From assembly GCA_965243025.1 (NCBI GenBank), contig CBDETY010000003.1:3776001-3840000 (forward strand): a stretch of DNA of 64,000 nt, in the 5' to 3' direction. The position numbers and the translations under genes are program-made. This DNA comes from Candidatus Latescibacterota bacterium. GTDB taxonomy: Bacteria > Latescibacterota > UBA2968 > UBA8231. Numbering within the stretch: the first letter of the stretch is position 1; each line of letters begins with the position of its first letter. Of the stretch, positions 9,958 through 19,955 are shown piece by piece. The notes below the pieces were generated by a model. The model ran no database searches, was not told the DNA's origin, and saw only the letters and a list, made by a program, of their open reading frames with translations.

Positions 9958-10773
9958 TCACGCCCGCACCGCGGCGCGCCAGTTGTCGTAGAACCTCCTC
10001 GCCCCCGGCCGCAGGCTGTCGCCCACGCCGTCGGCCAGCATCCACCGGTAGCGCTCGTCGAGCTCTTCGGGAGGGTCGCCGGCGTCGTACCGGGCCAGCC
10101 CGGCTGTGAGGGTCATCCGCCGCTTCACTCCCTCGGGCATCAGGCCGCGGTGAATGGTGTTGCCGGTCCAGAAAATGGTCTGCCCCTGTTCCAGCAGGAT
10201 CTGCTTCCCCGTCGACAGCTCCCCGGCGGCGCCTCCGACCAGGAACTCCCGCTCCTCGTCGGTGCGGTAGCGCCTGTGACTGCCCGGCACCAGCCACAGG
10301 CAGGGGTCGTCGATCAGGGCGAGGTGCCACTTCACGAGGTTCTTCCGGTAGCGCCCGAGGATCTCCATCTCGACCTCGCAGCTGCCGTCCCGCTCCTCCC
10401 TGCCGATGTCGCGGTGCCAACCGGTCCGGTACGGCCGGTCGTCGACCACCAGCGCCGACACCCACCCCAGGCGCAGCTCCTCTCCGAGCAGCGGGTTGAC
10501 GCAGCGCATCACCGGGGCCGATTCGAGGTACTCGGCGAACACCGGCTCGCCGAACTCCGGGGCCAGCAGCGCCCGGATGTGACTGAGCGCTTCCACGGGG
10601 TCCCCGTCGAGGCGGATGCGTTCGCTGTCGTCTACGACCGCCCCGGCGCGCACCTTGCGCTCACAGCGGCCCAGCGCGGCACGCAACTCCTCCACCATCT
10701 CGGGGGCGACGGCGTCGTCGGCGATGAAGTACCCCTCGGTGCGATACTGCTCGAGCTGTTGTTCCGTTGCCAT
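9958..10773 (-). CDS. PhyH-family Fe(II)/2OG dioxygenase
   Basis: YRTEGYF, WHRD, VPGSH, IHRG; paralogue of 61344..62129. Confidence 0.85.
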   Translation of the reverse strand: MATEQQLEQYRTEGYFIADDAVAPEMVEELRAALGRCERKVRAGAVVDDSERIRLDGDPVEALSHIRALLAPEFGEPVFAEYLESAPVMRCVNPLLGEELRLGWVSALVVDDRPYRTGWHRDIGREERDGSCEVEMEILGRYRKNLVKWHLALIDDPCLWLVPGSHRRYRTDEEREFLVGGAAGELSTGKQILLEQGQTIFWTGNTIHRGLMPEGVKRRMTLTAGLARYDAGDPPEELDERYRWMLADGVGDSLRPGARRFYDNWRAAVRA

Positions 10774-10840
10774 GCGTCCGACTTCCTGCTGTTCCGGTTC
10801 CCGGGATCCGGCGGACCGCGAACCTGCCGGGGCGGAAGGA

Positions 10841-12286
10841 TTACTGCGGGTACGAGGGCAGCTCCAGCCCCGACAGGTGCTGCACGATGCGCACCACCTG
10901 GCCTGCGTACCCGTACTCGTTGTCGTACCAGACGTAGAGGACGCACTGGCTGCCGGTGACGATGGTCGAGGTCGAGTCGACGATGGCGGTCTTCAGCGAG
11001 CCGGTGAAATCGCTGGAGACCACCTCGGGCGAGGTGATGAAGTCGAGCTGTCCCTGGAGGGGGGAGTCGAGGGAGATGCCGCGCAGGTACTGGTTGACCT
11101 CGTCGACCGTGGTCGGGCGGCCGAGGCCGAGGTTGAGGATCGCCAGCGAGACGTTCGGGGTCGGCACGCGGATGGCGTTGGCCGTCACCTTGCCCTCAAG
11201 CTCCGGCAGCGCCTTGGCGACGGCGCCGGCGGCCCCGGTCTCGGTGATCACCATGTTGAGCGGAGCGCCGCGCCCCCGGCGCGTCTTGCTGTGGAAGTTG
11301 TCGACGAGGTTCTGGTCGTTGGTGTAGGAGTGGATGGTGTCGATGTGGCCGCGGTCGATGCCGAAGCGGCCGGCCATCACCTTGAGCACCGGGACGATGG
11401 CGTTGGTGGTGCAGCTCCCCGCCGACAGCAGCCGCTCTTCCGGGCAGATGTCCCCGCTGTTGACGCCGTAGATGATGTTGGGGATGTCCCCCTTGCCGGG
11501 AGCGGTGAGTATGACCTTGTCCACCCCCTTTGCCCGCAGGTGCCTCCCCAGGCCGCCGCGGTCGCGCCAGACGCCGGAGTTGTCGACGACGATGGCGTTC
11601 TCGATGCCGTAGGAGGCGTAGTCCGCCTTGTCGGGCGATTCGGCGTAGAGAATGCGGATGAGGTTGCCGTTGGCCACCAGGGCGTTCTCGTCGCGGTCGA
11701 GCTGCACCGTGCCCTTGAAGGGCCCGTGGATCGAGTCGCGGCGCAGCAGGCTGGCCCGCTTCTCCAGGTCCCCCTTCGCGGGCCGCTGCACGACGACGGC
11801 CCGCAGCCGCCACTTGTCGCCGCCGCCGCTGCGGTCGATCAGGATGCGCGCCAGCATGCGGCCGATCCTGCCGAAGCCGTAGAGGACCACGTCGCGCGGC
11901 TCGGCCTGCAGGAGCTCCTGGCCGGCGTCGAGGCTCCCCAGCTCGGCGCGCAGGAAGGTCTCGAGATCCTTGCCCGCCGGCTCGTTCTGGTAGCGCAGGG
12001 CGAGCTTGCCGATGTCGACGCGGGAGGCGGCCGGCTGCAGCTTCCCGAGGGCCTCGAGCATCTCCGAGCTCAGTTCGACCGGCAGCTCGCGGTCGAGGAA
12101 GTGGCGTGCGAACCGGTGCGCCTTCAGGATGTCGATCGGCGAGCTGCGCACCAGGGAGCGCCCGAAGATCGTCACCACGACCCCGTGCTCGCGGTAGAGC
12201 TTGCCGACGACGGGCACGATGCGCTCGGCCACCGCTTCCCGGTGAATCCATTCCCCGAAGTACGACTCGGCCTGTTGGTCCCTCAT
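10841..12286 (-). CDS. gap: Glyceraldehyde-3-phosphate dehydrogenase, long form with N-terminal extension
   Basis: YGFGRIGR, catalytic GSCTTN, HSYTNDQ, IRVPTPNVS, WYDNEYGY; about 130-aa N-terminal extension. Confidence 0.95.
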   Translation of the reverse strand: MRDQQAESYFGEWIHREAVAERIVPVVGKLYREHGVVVTIFGRSLVRSSPIDILKAHRFARHFLDRELPVELSSEMLEALGKLQPAASRVDIGKLALRYQNEPAGKDLETFLRAELGSLDAGQELLQAEPRDVVLYGFGRIGRMLARILIDRSGGGDKWRLRAVVVQRPAKGDLEKRASLLRRDSIHGPFKGTVQLDRDENALVANGNLIRILYAESPDKADYASYGIENAIVVDNSGVWRDRGGLGRHLRAKGVDKVILTAPGKGDIPNIIYGVNSGDICPEERLLSAGSCTTNAIVPVLKVMAGRFGIDRGHIDTIHSYTNDQNLVDNFHSKTRRGRGAPLNMVITETGAAGAVAKALPELEGKVTANAIRVPTPNVSLAILNLGLGRPTTVDEVNQYLRGISLDSPLQGQLDFITSPEVVSSDFTGSLKTAIVDSTSTIVTGSQCVLYVWYDNEYGYAGQVVRIVQHLSGLELPSYPQ

Positions 12287-12450
12287 GATGATCCGTGCTC
12301 CCTTGGTCCCGTGTCCGTTTTCAAGATACCTCTCCGGCCCGCTTCCCGTCTTATCGGCGTCCCCTCTCCATCTATATTATGGGTTTTGCGGTCCGGCGGT
12401 TCCCGTCAGGGGCAGCCGGCTTCCGAACCCGAGCCCGGACCACGATCCCC

Positions 12451-13239
12451 GTGCACCCTTCCTTCGACGATCTCGACACCCGCCTCGCCGAAATCGAGGA
12501 CCGGGGGTTCACCATCTTCCCCGGCTGGCTCGACCGCGGCTTCACCGCGGAGCTGCGCGTCCACGTCGACGCGGTCGCCGGACCGGTCGGGAAAACGGAG
12601 AGACCCCGAAACGACCTCAGGCACCCGATCCCGGGCGAGATCATGGGGCGCCTCGCCGCCAACCCGGACACCATCGAGCTCGGGCGCCTGCTGCTCGGCG
12701 GCGACCCGGAGCTGCGCATGCGCGAGCAGGTGCTGGTCCGCTCCGACCCGGAACCGCCGCCGTACGCGCCCGAGCTCGGCTACCACATCGACGCCGCTTT
12801 CTGCCGCGCCGAGTTCGAGGCGGCGCCGAAGCAGGTCTACTACCAGATGCTGCACTACCTGAGCACGGTGAAGCCGGGCGGCGCCGGGGTCCACATCGTC
12901 CCCGGCTCTCACAAGTTCTCCTACGCCGCCCTGTTCGGCGGCGACCCCGGGGCCGACGCCCGCCCCCTCGATTCCAACACCTCCGGCGCCGGCCACCGCG
13001 ACGACGGCGTCGAGATCTGCGCCGGGGAGGGGGACCTCATCGTCTTCAACCCGCTCTGCTTTCACTCGGCGTCGCAGAATCGCACCGACCGGCCTCGATA
13101 CGTGTACTTCACCTCCTTCTACGACACCTCGGCGGCGCGGCTGATCGAGTTCGTCCGCCGCACCGGCTACCGCGACCGGTTCCCCGACTCGCTGCGGCAG
13201 GCGCTGCCGCCGGGGCTGCGCTCCCTGCTCGCCCGCTGA
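12451..13239 (+). CDS. PhyH-family Fe(II)/2OG dioxygenase
   Basis: DRGFTIF, YHID, VPGSH, FHSAS.N...PR; GTG start approximate. Confidence 0.8.
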   Translation: MHPSFDDLDTRLAEIEDRGFTIFPGWLDRGFTAELRVHVDAVAGPVGKTERPRNDLRHPIPGEIMGRLAANPDTIELGRLLLGGDPELRMREQVLVRSDPEPPPYAPELGYHIDAAFCRAEFEAAPKQVYYQMLHYLSTVKPGGAGVHIVPGSHKFSYAALFGGDPGADARPLDSNTSGAGHRDDGVEICAGEGDLIVFNPLCFHSASQNRTDRPRYVYFTSFYDTSAARLIEFVRRTGYRDRFPDSLRQALPPGLRSLLAR

Positions 13240-13365
13240 ACGGCTTTGCTTCGTGAAACCGGCCCCGCCGGACAGGGTCCTTCCGCAGACCCCTCCGGAC
13301 TCGAACCCACGCCCGAGCCGGGGAATCCGCCCCGACCGGGGCCGGGCACCTGAAAGGAAAACCGG

Positions 13366-14963
13366 ATGAACCGACCCCCCGACTACCGCCTCATCTACAA
13401 CTGGGACGGCGCCCCGCACGGGTACTCCCCGGTCCCGCAGAGCCTCGAGGAGTTCCTCGACGGCGTCTACGCCCCCCTGGTCGACACCCACGCCGGCGCC
13501 CTGTTCTGGTGCGTCGGCGAGCACGCGGCGCGCTGGCCCAGCGACTCCCTCGAGGTGGTCGGCGACCTGTTCGGCCGCCGCTACGAGAACGCCGCCGCAT
13601 GCGTCCACACCGAGAACATCCGCCGCATGCTCGAGCGCGGCGAGGACCCGCAGGCCGCCGTCATCGAACGCGGGCGCGAGCTCGGCATCGCCGTGTACGC
13701 CTCTCTGCGCATGAACGACAACCACTTCGACGGCGCCGGGCTTTCCGACCTGGCCACCCTCCACCACGGCGAGCTGACGCAGCTGCGCCGGGAGCACCCG
13801 GAATGGCTGCTCGGGGAGCGCACCTCGGAGTGGTTCGCCCTCTCCTGGGACCTGTCGGTTCCCGAGGTGCGGCGCAACCGCCTCGACCACGTCCGCGAGC
13901 TGTGCGAGAAGTACGACTGGGACGGCATCGAGCTCGACTGGCAGCGCCACTGTTTCCACCTGCCCGCCGACGAGGCCTACCGCCTGCGCTACACCGTCAC
14001 CGACCTGCAGCGCGCCGCCCGCCAGGTGACCGAGCGGGCCGGCGAGCAGCGCGGCCGGCCTCTCTACCTGGCGGCGCGGGTCGCCACCAGCCTGGAGGCC
14101 TGCGCCGAAATCGGCTACGACGTCGAGACCTGGCTGCAGGAGGATCTCGTCGACCTGCTGATCGGAGGCGGGGGAGCGGCCACCGATCCCGCCGTCGAGG
14201 TCGAGCGCTTCCAGGAGCTCTGCAGGCCGCGCCGCGTCCCCTTCTATCCCGGCTTCGACTCCGGCCTGCCCGACCCCCCGGTCGCCCCGAGCCGCCGGAC
14301 CGCAAGAACCGCCTGCGCACGCGCGCCATCGCCGCCCGCCATCACCGCGCCGGGGCCGACGGCATCTACGCCTTCAACTGGCACGCCGGGGCCGAGGGAC
14401 CGCGGCGCGGCATGATGCGCGAGGTCGGCGACCCGGCCGTCCTCGAGCAGCTCGACAAGATCTACGCCGCCACCCATCGCCACCTCGTCTACGAGGGGCC
14501 CTGGCGCGGTGCTTACCGCAACGACCGCCTGCGCGGGCAGGTGCCGGTGCCGCTGCGCCCGACCTTGACCGGACGCGGACCCGTCGTCGACGTCGAGACC
14601 GCGGAGTCGGGAACGCCGCTGGCCGCCGAGCTGCGCCTGCACCTGAAGGAGTGGGTGGAAGGGGACGAAGTGGCGGTGAGCTGGAAGGGGGAAGAGCTCG
14701 GAGACCCGGTGGTCTCCTACAACCTGCCGGGCAGCGACGCCGACCAGCATTCCTTCGCGGTCCCGATCTCCCGGGTCAGCGGCGACGTCTGGCTGCGCTT
14801 CCCCCTCGATCCGGGAGCGGTGGGCAGCGGCGTCCACCGGGTCGAGGCGATTCTCCGCAGGCGGCACCCGCAGCTCGCCTGCGACCTCGTCCTCACCGAC
14901 GTCGAGATCGCCGTCGCCTGGTCGGAGGAGTACGCAGCCGCCCTGCTGCCGCGGCCGGGCTGA
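13366..14963 (+). CDS. Family-10 glycosyl-hydrolase-like (GHL10/DUF187-like) protein, interrupted by a 1-nt frameshift at about 14285-14288
   Basis: IYNWDG, SLRMND, DGIELDW in the first frame; GADGIYAFNW in the second frame. Adding one C to the C4 run gives the continuous GLPDPPVAPEPPDRKNRLRTRA. Confidence 0.7.
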
Positions 14964-15116
14964 GGGCTTTCCGGACTGCGGAAAAACAGCGGCTTGGCCG
15001 AAACCTTGCCGCACACGAATCCCGGGCGCGGCCCGGGCTGCGAAACTCAACCCACGCGGCGGCTTTCACCTCGCCGCACGGAAACCCGCCGGCGCGGCCG
15101 GCGCGAAAGGAGCCAG

Positions 15117-15686
15117 ATGAAACGACTGTTCTGTACCGCAACCGCGGCTCTCCTGGCGGCGGCCGCCGCCGACGCCGTGGAGGAGGAACCGCTTCCCAAG
15201 TCCGCCGGGCAGGTACGGCCGGTGCTCGTGGGCGCGGCGCTGCCCCCTGCCGTTCTGACCGGCGACGACGAGGTGAGCCTCGATCTCGGGGCGGCGGTCG
15301 CCGAAAAGCCGGCGGTGCTCGTCTTCTACCGGGGAGGCTGGTGAGGGTACTGCAGGAACCAGCTAGTTGAGCTGGAAAAGATCCACGGCCAGTTGAAAGC
15401 CCTGGGGGTCGGGCTTTTCGCCGTCAGCCCGGACGAACCTGCCGCCGCCGGGGGGACGCGCGCCGAGACCGGAGTCGGTTTCCCGCTGCTGTCCGACCGG
15501 GACCTGAAGCTCGCCTCCGCCCTCGGGATCGCCTACCGGAACCCCGACAAAGCCCCACTTCCGGTTCCGTCGGTGTTCCTGGTTGCAAAGGGCGGGACCA
15601 TCGCCTACCAGCACGTCGACCCGGACTTCCGCGTCCGCCTCGACAACGGCGTCGTCCTGGCGATGGCAGGCAGTCTGGCGAAGTAG
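15117..15686 (+). CDS. Secreted peroxiredoxin-like (AhpC/TSA, redoxin) selenoprotein; UGA at 15342-15344 read as Sec, motif U-G-Y-C
   Basis: AAAGGAG RBS then ATG 15117 and a signal peptide. VFYRGGW-TGA-GYCRNQL continues in frame into AVSPD, FPLLSD, PSVFLV; canonical homologues read FYRGxWCPYC. Confidence 0.9.
15345..15384 (+). promoter_or_regulatory. Candidate bacterial SECIS element
   Basis: CCAGCT (15359-64), loop AGTTG, AGCTGG (15370-75): a perfect 6-bp stem with a G-containing loop 21-25 nt 3' of the UGA. It uses CTA and GTT codons, atypical for this GC-rich genome. Confidence 0.7.
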
Positions 15687-15727
15687 CGGTCGGAAGGACC
15701 CCGGGGCCCGGGAGGGTCCCGGCCGGA

Positions 15728-16609
15728 TCAGCGGCCGTTGCCCCAGCGGCTGGGGCCGATGCCCCCGGCCTCGCGCCGCATCCCGTCGGGACGGTTGGGC
15801 ACGTCGTAGTCGATGTTCCGCGTGTTGAGGCTGCGGAAGAACGGCTGGATGTGCGCCGGCAGGGCCGCCACCCGCTCCGGGTCGCGGTCCTCCTCGACGT
15901 CGTCGATCGGCCCCGCCCAGCAGGGGCGGTAGGCGATGGCGAGCATGCGCCGGTCGCCGTCGCTGTGGTTGGGGAAGTTGCCGTGGAAGACGTTCTGGTT
16001 GATCACCGCGGCGTCGCCGGCGCGGCAGCAGACCATCACCTCTTCGGGATGGCTGAGGAAGCGGTTGTAGGGATTGCCGTCGATGTGCATCGACAGGTGC
16101 GACCTCGGGATCACCTTGAACGGCGAGCGTTCAGGGGTCTGGTCGTCGAGGTAGTAGAGCGCCCGCGCCAGCACCGGCGAGCTCGCCTGCAGCCCGAAGA
16201 TCTTCGAGCCGTACGGCTGCGCGTCGGTGTGCACGGCGCCCCCCGGGTGCCCTGGCTGCGAGCAGACGTACCCGCACGAGGTGCAGATCAGGTCGTCCCC
16301 GAACAGGTCGGTGAGGAACTCGATCATCGGCGGATTGGCGATGGCGTCGGTGGCGGTGGGAGAGTCCGTCCACGGCACGTCGAAGCAGTAGCGCTGATGG
16401 GGGCTGTAGTCGACCGCCCGGGTCGGCAGCTGCGCCAGCTCCTCCCGGATCCTGTCCAGGGTTTCGGAGGAGAGCAGGCCGGGAATGACGACGTACCCTT
16501 CCAGCTCGATGGAGCGGATCTGCTCCGCCCGCGTCAGGCTCGCCCAGTCGGTCTCGTCCCGCCGCGCCCGCGCGATGTCTTCCCTGCTGTTCGTGAACGA
16601 CGCGTCCAT
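15728..16609 (-). CDS. PhyH-family dioxygenase, tandem copy A
   Basis: MDASFTNSRE..., ELEGYVVI, VHTD, IPRSH, VFHGN; 293 aa. Confidence 0.9.
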   Translation of the reverse strand: MDASFTNSREDIARARRDETDWASLTRAEQIRSIELEGYVVIPGLLSSETLDRIREELAQLPTRAVDYSPHQRYCFDVPWTDSPTATDAIANPPMIEFLTDLFGDDLICTSCGYVCSQPGHPGGAVHTDAQPYGSKIFGLQASSPVLARALYYLDDQTPERSPFKVIPRSHLSMHIDGNPYNRFLSHPEEVMVCCRAGDAAVINQNVFHGNFPNHSDGDRRMLAIAYRPCWAGPIDDVEEDRDPERVAALPAHIQPFFRSLNTRNIDYDVPNRPDGMRREAGGIGPSRWGNGR

Positions 16610-16665
16610 GACGGGTAAACGACCTTCGGAAGGAACGCCGGGGCCCGGGAGGGCTCCCGGCCGGA

Positions 16666-17547
16666 TCAGCGGCCGTTGCCCCAGCGGCTGGGGCCGATGC
16701 CCCCGGCCTCGCGCCGCATCCCGTCGGGACGGTTGGGCACGTCGTAGTCGATGTTCCGCGTGTTGAGGCTGCGGAAGAACGGCTGGATGTGCGCCGGCAG
16801 GGCCGCCACCTGCTCCGGGTCGCGGTCCTCCTCGACGTCGTCGATCGGCCCCGCCCAGCAGGGGCGGTAGGCGATGGCGAGCATGCGCCGGTCGCCGTCG
16901 CTGTGGTTGGGGAAGTTGCCGTGGAAGACGTTCTGGTTGATCACCACGGCGTCGCCGGCGCGGCAGCAGACCATCACCTCTTCGGGATGGCTGAGGAAGC
17001 GGTTGTAGGGATTGCCGTCGATGTGCATCGACAGGTGCGACCTCGGGACCACCTTGAACGGCGAGCGGTCCGGGGTCTGGTCGTCGAGGTAGTAGAGCGC
17101 CCGCGCCAGCACCGGCGAGCTCGACTGCAGCCCGAAGATCTTCGAGCCGTACGGCTGCGCGTCGGTGTGCACGGCGATTCCCGGGTGCCCGGGCTGCGAG
17201 CATCCGTACCCGCACGAGGTGCAGACCATGTCGTCCCCGAACAGGTCGGTGAGGAACTCGATCATCGGCGGGTGGGCGATGACGTCGATGGCGGTGGGAG
17301 AGTCCGTCCACTGGACGTCCGAACAGCCGCGCTGATGGGGGCTGTAGTCGACCGCCCGGGTCGGCAGCTTGGCCAGCTCTTCCCGGATCCTGTCGAGGGT
17401 TTCGGGGGAGAGCAGGCCGGGAATGACGACGTACCCTTCCAGCTCGATGGAGCGGATCTGTTCGGCCCGCGTCAGGCTCGCCCAGTCGGTCTCGTCCCGC
17501 GGCGCCCGCGCGATCTCTTCCCTGTTGTTCGTGAACGACGTGTCCAT
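16666..17547 (-). CDS. PhyH-family dioxygenase, tandem copy B
   Basis: MDTSFTNNRE..., VHTD, VPRSH, VFHGN; 293 aa, near-identical to copy A. Confidence 0.9.
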   Translation of the reverse strand: MDTSFTNNREEIARAPRDETDWASLTRAEQIRSIELEGYVVIPGLLSPETLDRIREELAKLPTRAVDYSPHQRGCSDVQWTDSPTAIDVIAHPPMIEFLTDLFGDDMVCTSCGYGCSQPGHPGIAVHTDAQPYGSKIFGLQSSSPVLARALYYLDDQTPDRSPFKVVPRSHLSMHIDGNPYNRFLSHPEEVMVCCRAGDAVVINQNVFHGNFPNHSDGDRRMLAIAYRPCWAGPIDDVEEDRDPEQVAALPAHIQPFFRSLNTRNIDYDVPNRPDGMRREAGGIGPSRWGNGR

Positions 17548-17696
17548 GGCGGGGTAAACAACCTTCGCGAACCCCGCCGGTCAACCCCGGAATTCCGGAT
17601 CCCCCGCAACCGGGGTGCATCCGCCGGTGGTTATCTTTGCATGGACGCCGTCGACACCAAGGTCCACCCCCGAACGAGAAGAGAACCGATCTACCG

Positions 17697-18533
17697 ATGA
17701 GACTGGAAGGCAAGCGAGCCCTGGTGACCGGGGCCGGGCGCGGAATCGGCCGGCGGATTGCGCGGGCCCTCGCCGGGGAAGGGGCCCGGGTGGCCCTGCT
17801 GGCGCGCAGCCGCGGGCAGCTCGAAGACGCGGCGCGGGAGCTGGAGCAGTCCGGGGCGGCCTGCCTCGTGGCAGTGGCCGATCTCGCCTCGGAAGCGGAG
17901 ACGCGGTCCGCCGTCGCCTCCGTCCTCGACAGCTGGGGCGGTGTCGACATTCTCGTCAACAATGCCGCGATCCTCGGCCCCGTGGGGCCGGCCCACACCC
18001 TCGACCCGGCGGCCTGGCTCGGGACCGTGCAGGTCAACCTCGGCGGCTGCTTCCTCTGCTGCTCCCTCGCGCTTCCGGGAATGATCGAGCGCCGCTCCGG
18101 GAAGATCGTCAACCTCTCGGGCGGCGGCGCCGTCGATCCGCGACCGAACTTCAGCCCCTACGCCGCCTCGAAGGCCGCCGTCGTCCGCTTCACGGAAACC
18201 CTGGCGGCCGAGGTCGCCGCACACGGGATCGACGTCAACGCCATCTCCCCCGGCGCCATCGACACCGACATGCTGCGCGAGGGGATCGCCGCCGGTGAGG
18301 CCGCCGGGGAGGAGGCGGAGGAGCTGCGGCAGATCGCCCGCCAGGGCGGCCAGGACCCGGAACGGGCCGCGGCCCTGGCCGTGCACCTCGCCTCGGCGGC
18401 AACCGACGGCCTGACCGGGAGGCTCATCAGCGCCCAGTGGGACGACTGGGAGAACCTCGACCGGCGCGGGGTCACGGAGACCGACCTCTTCACCATGAGG
18501 CGGATCACCCCCGGCCGGGAGGTGCGCGGGTGA
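17697..18533 (+). CDS. SDR family oxidoreductase
   Basis: TGAGRGIG, LVNNA, YAASK. Confidence 0.9.
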   Translation: MRLEGKRALVTGAGRGIGRRIARALAGEGARVALLARSRGQLEDAARELEQSGAACLVAVADLASEAETRSAVASVLDSWGGVDILVNNAAILGPVGPAHTLDPAAWLGTVQVNLGGCFLCCSLALPGMIERRSGKIVNLSGGGAVDPRPNFSPYAASKAAVVRFTETLAAEVAAHGIDVNAISPGAIDTDMLREGIAAGEAAGEEAEELRQIARQGGQDPERAAALAVHLASAATDGLTGRLISAQWDDWENLDRRGVTETDLFTMRRITPGREVRG

Positions 18534-19555
18534 GCTACCGGGTCGGACTGATAGGAGCCGGCGGCGCCGGGTCGAGGCGCGCGGCGGCCGTGGCGGAGTG
18601 CCCGCGGTCGCGGCTGGTCAAAATCTGCGACCTCGACCTGGAGGCAGCGGCGAGGGCGGCGGCGCAATCCCGGACGGAGGCCGTCCGTGCCTGGGAAGAG
18701 GTGATCGAAGATCCCGAGGTCGACATCGTCATCCTCTCGGCGACCCACGACCAGCTCTCACCCATCGGCGCCGCCGCCGCCGCTGCGGGCAAGCACCTGC
18801 TCTGCGAGAAACCGCTAGGGCGCAACCCGTCCGAGGTGGCCGGCCTGGTCGCCGCCGCGGCCGCAAGCGGGGTCTGCCTCGCCGCCGGGTACAACCACCG
18901 CTTCCACCCCGCGGTCGCCGAGGTGCGCGGGGCAGCTGATTCAGGCCTCCTCGGGGAGCTCGACTTCATCCGCGCCCGCTACGGGCACGGCGGCCGCCCG
19001 GGATACGACCGCGAGTGGCGCGGCGACCCCGAAAAGGCCGGGGGCGGGGAGCTTCTCGACCAGGGGGCGCACCTCGTCGACCTCTGCCTCTGGCTGCTGG
19101 GGGGTTTCGAGTCGGTGACCGGGTTCGCCGAGCGCCGCCGCTGGGACATCGAGCCGCTCGAGGACAACGCCTTCGGGCTGTTCCGCACCGGCAGCGGCCA
19201 GGTGGCCTCGATCCACGCCAGCTGGACGCAGTGGAAGAACCTGTTCAGCCTGGAGGTGTTCGGCAGCGACGGGTACGCGGTCGCCGAGGGCCTCGGCGGC
19301 TCGTACGGACCGGAGACGGTGCGCATCGGGCGCCGGCGGCCCGAGGGTGGCAAGCCGAGTGAAACCCGAACCGTATTCGAGGCCGCGGACGGCTCCTGGT
19401 CCCGGGAGTGGGCCGGCTTCCTGGACAGGCTGGAAGGGAAGCGGACATCCGGGGCCGACGGCTCGGACGCCCTGCGGACCATGCAGTGGATCTATCGCCT
19501 GTACCGCGCCGCGTCCGAGGGGCGCCCCGTTTCCGCGTCCGAATCGGTGGCCTGA
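18530..19555 (+). CDS. Gfo/Idh/MocA family oxidoreductase
   Basis: GLIGAG, CEKP, GGGELLDQGAH; GTGA overlap with the SDR gene. Confidence 0.9.
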   Translation: MSYRVGLIGAGGAGSRRAAAVAECPRSRLVKICDLDLEAAARAAAQSRTEAVRAWEEVIEDPEVDIVILSATHDQLSPIGAAAAAAGKHLLCEKPLGRNPSEVAGLVAAAAASGVCLAAGYNHRFHPAVAEVRGAADSGLLGELDFIRARYGHGGRPGYDREWRGDPEKAGGGELLDQGAHLVDLCLWLLGGFESVTGFAERRRWDIEPLEDNAFGLFRTGSGQVASIHASWTQWKNLFSLEVFGSDGYAVAEGLGGSYGPETVRIGRRRPEGGKPSETRTVFEAADGSWSREWAGFLDRLEGKRTSGADGSDALRTMQWIYRLYRAASEGRPVSASESVA

Positions 19556-19690
19556 AACGGCCCCATCCCGGCAGCTGCCCGCGGGAAACCGTTTCGCCCC
19601 GCCTGTTTTTTTCTCAAAAAATCCCCGGAAATTGCGTACATTGTTTGACCATGAAGCGCCGTGAAACATCCAACCAACCGGGATTCGGAT

Positions 19691-19933
19691 ATGAGAGCGG
19701 ACCAGCACGCAGCCCAGGAGGAACGGGTCTCACTCGCTTACCGCCGATTGGCTAACGCCATGATTCTCAGCACGTTACGGGAGATTTCGAAAAAGGTGGA
19801 AAGAGCGGAGGAGGCGCCGGAAGTCGATTTCGTCGAGAGCCGCCGCATCGATCCGTGGTGCGAGTTGGCAGGGTTGGAGCCGGAGGTGGTCAGGAGCGCA
19901 GCCCGGCGGATCGCAACCGAGCAAGTCTGTTGA
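19691..19933 (+). CDS. Small hypothetical protein
   Basis: 80-aa ORF (YRRLANAMIL...WCELAGLEPEVVR) with an AT-rich upstream region and a terminator downstream. Confidence 0.6.
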   Translation: MRADQHAAQEERVSLAYRRLANAMILSTLREISKKVERAEEAPEVDFVESRRIDPWCELAGLEPEVVRSAARRIATEQVC

Positions 19934-19955
19934 CCAACGCCGAAAGATGCACTCG

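Larger units (their letters stand above)
15690..17567. repeat. Direct tandem duplication of about 940 bp (15690-16628 and 16626-17567)
   Basis: Both genes and their flanks match (GGGCCCGGGAGGG..CCGGCCGGATCA; GGGTAAAC.ACCTTCG). TCG occurs at both outer ends and at the junction. Confidence 0.95.

Noticed and set aside
15342-15344. TGA as a true stop or pseudogene lesion
   Set aside because: It falls exactly on the redox Cys column, is followed by a SECIS-like hairpin, and selA is nearby.
15690-17567. Diversity-generating retroelement TR/VR pair
   Set aside because: Whole-gene duplication, differences not confined to adenines, and no reverse transcriptase in the window.
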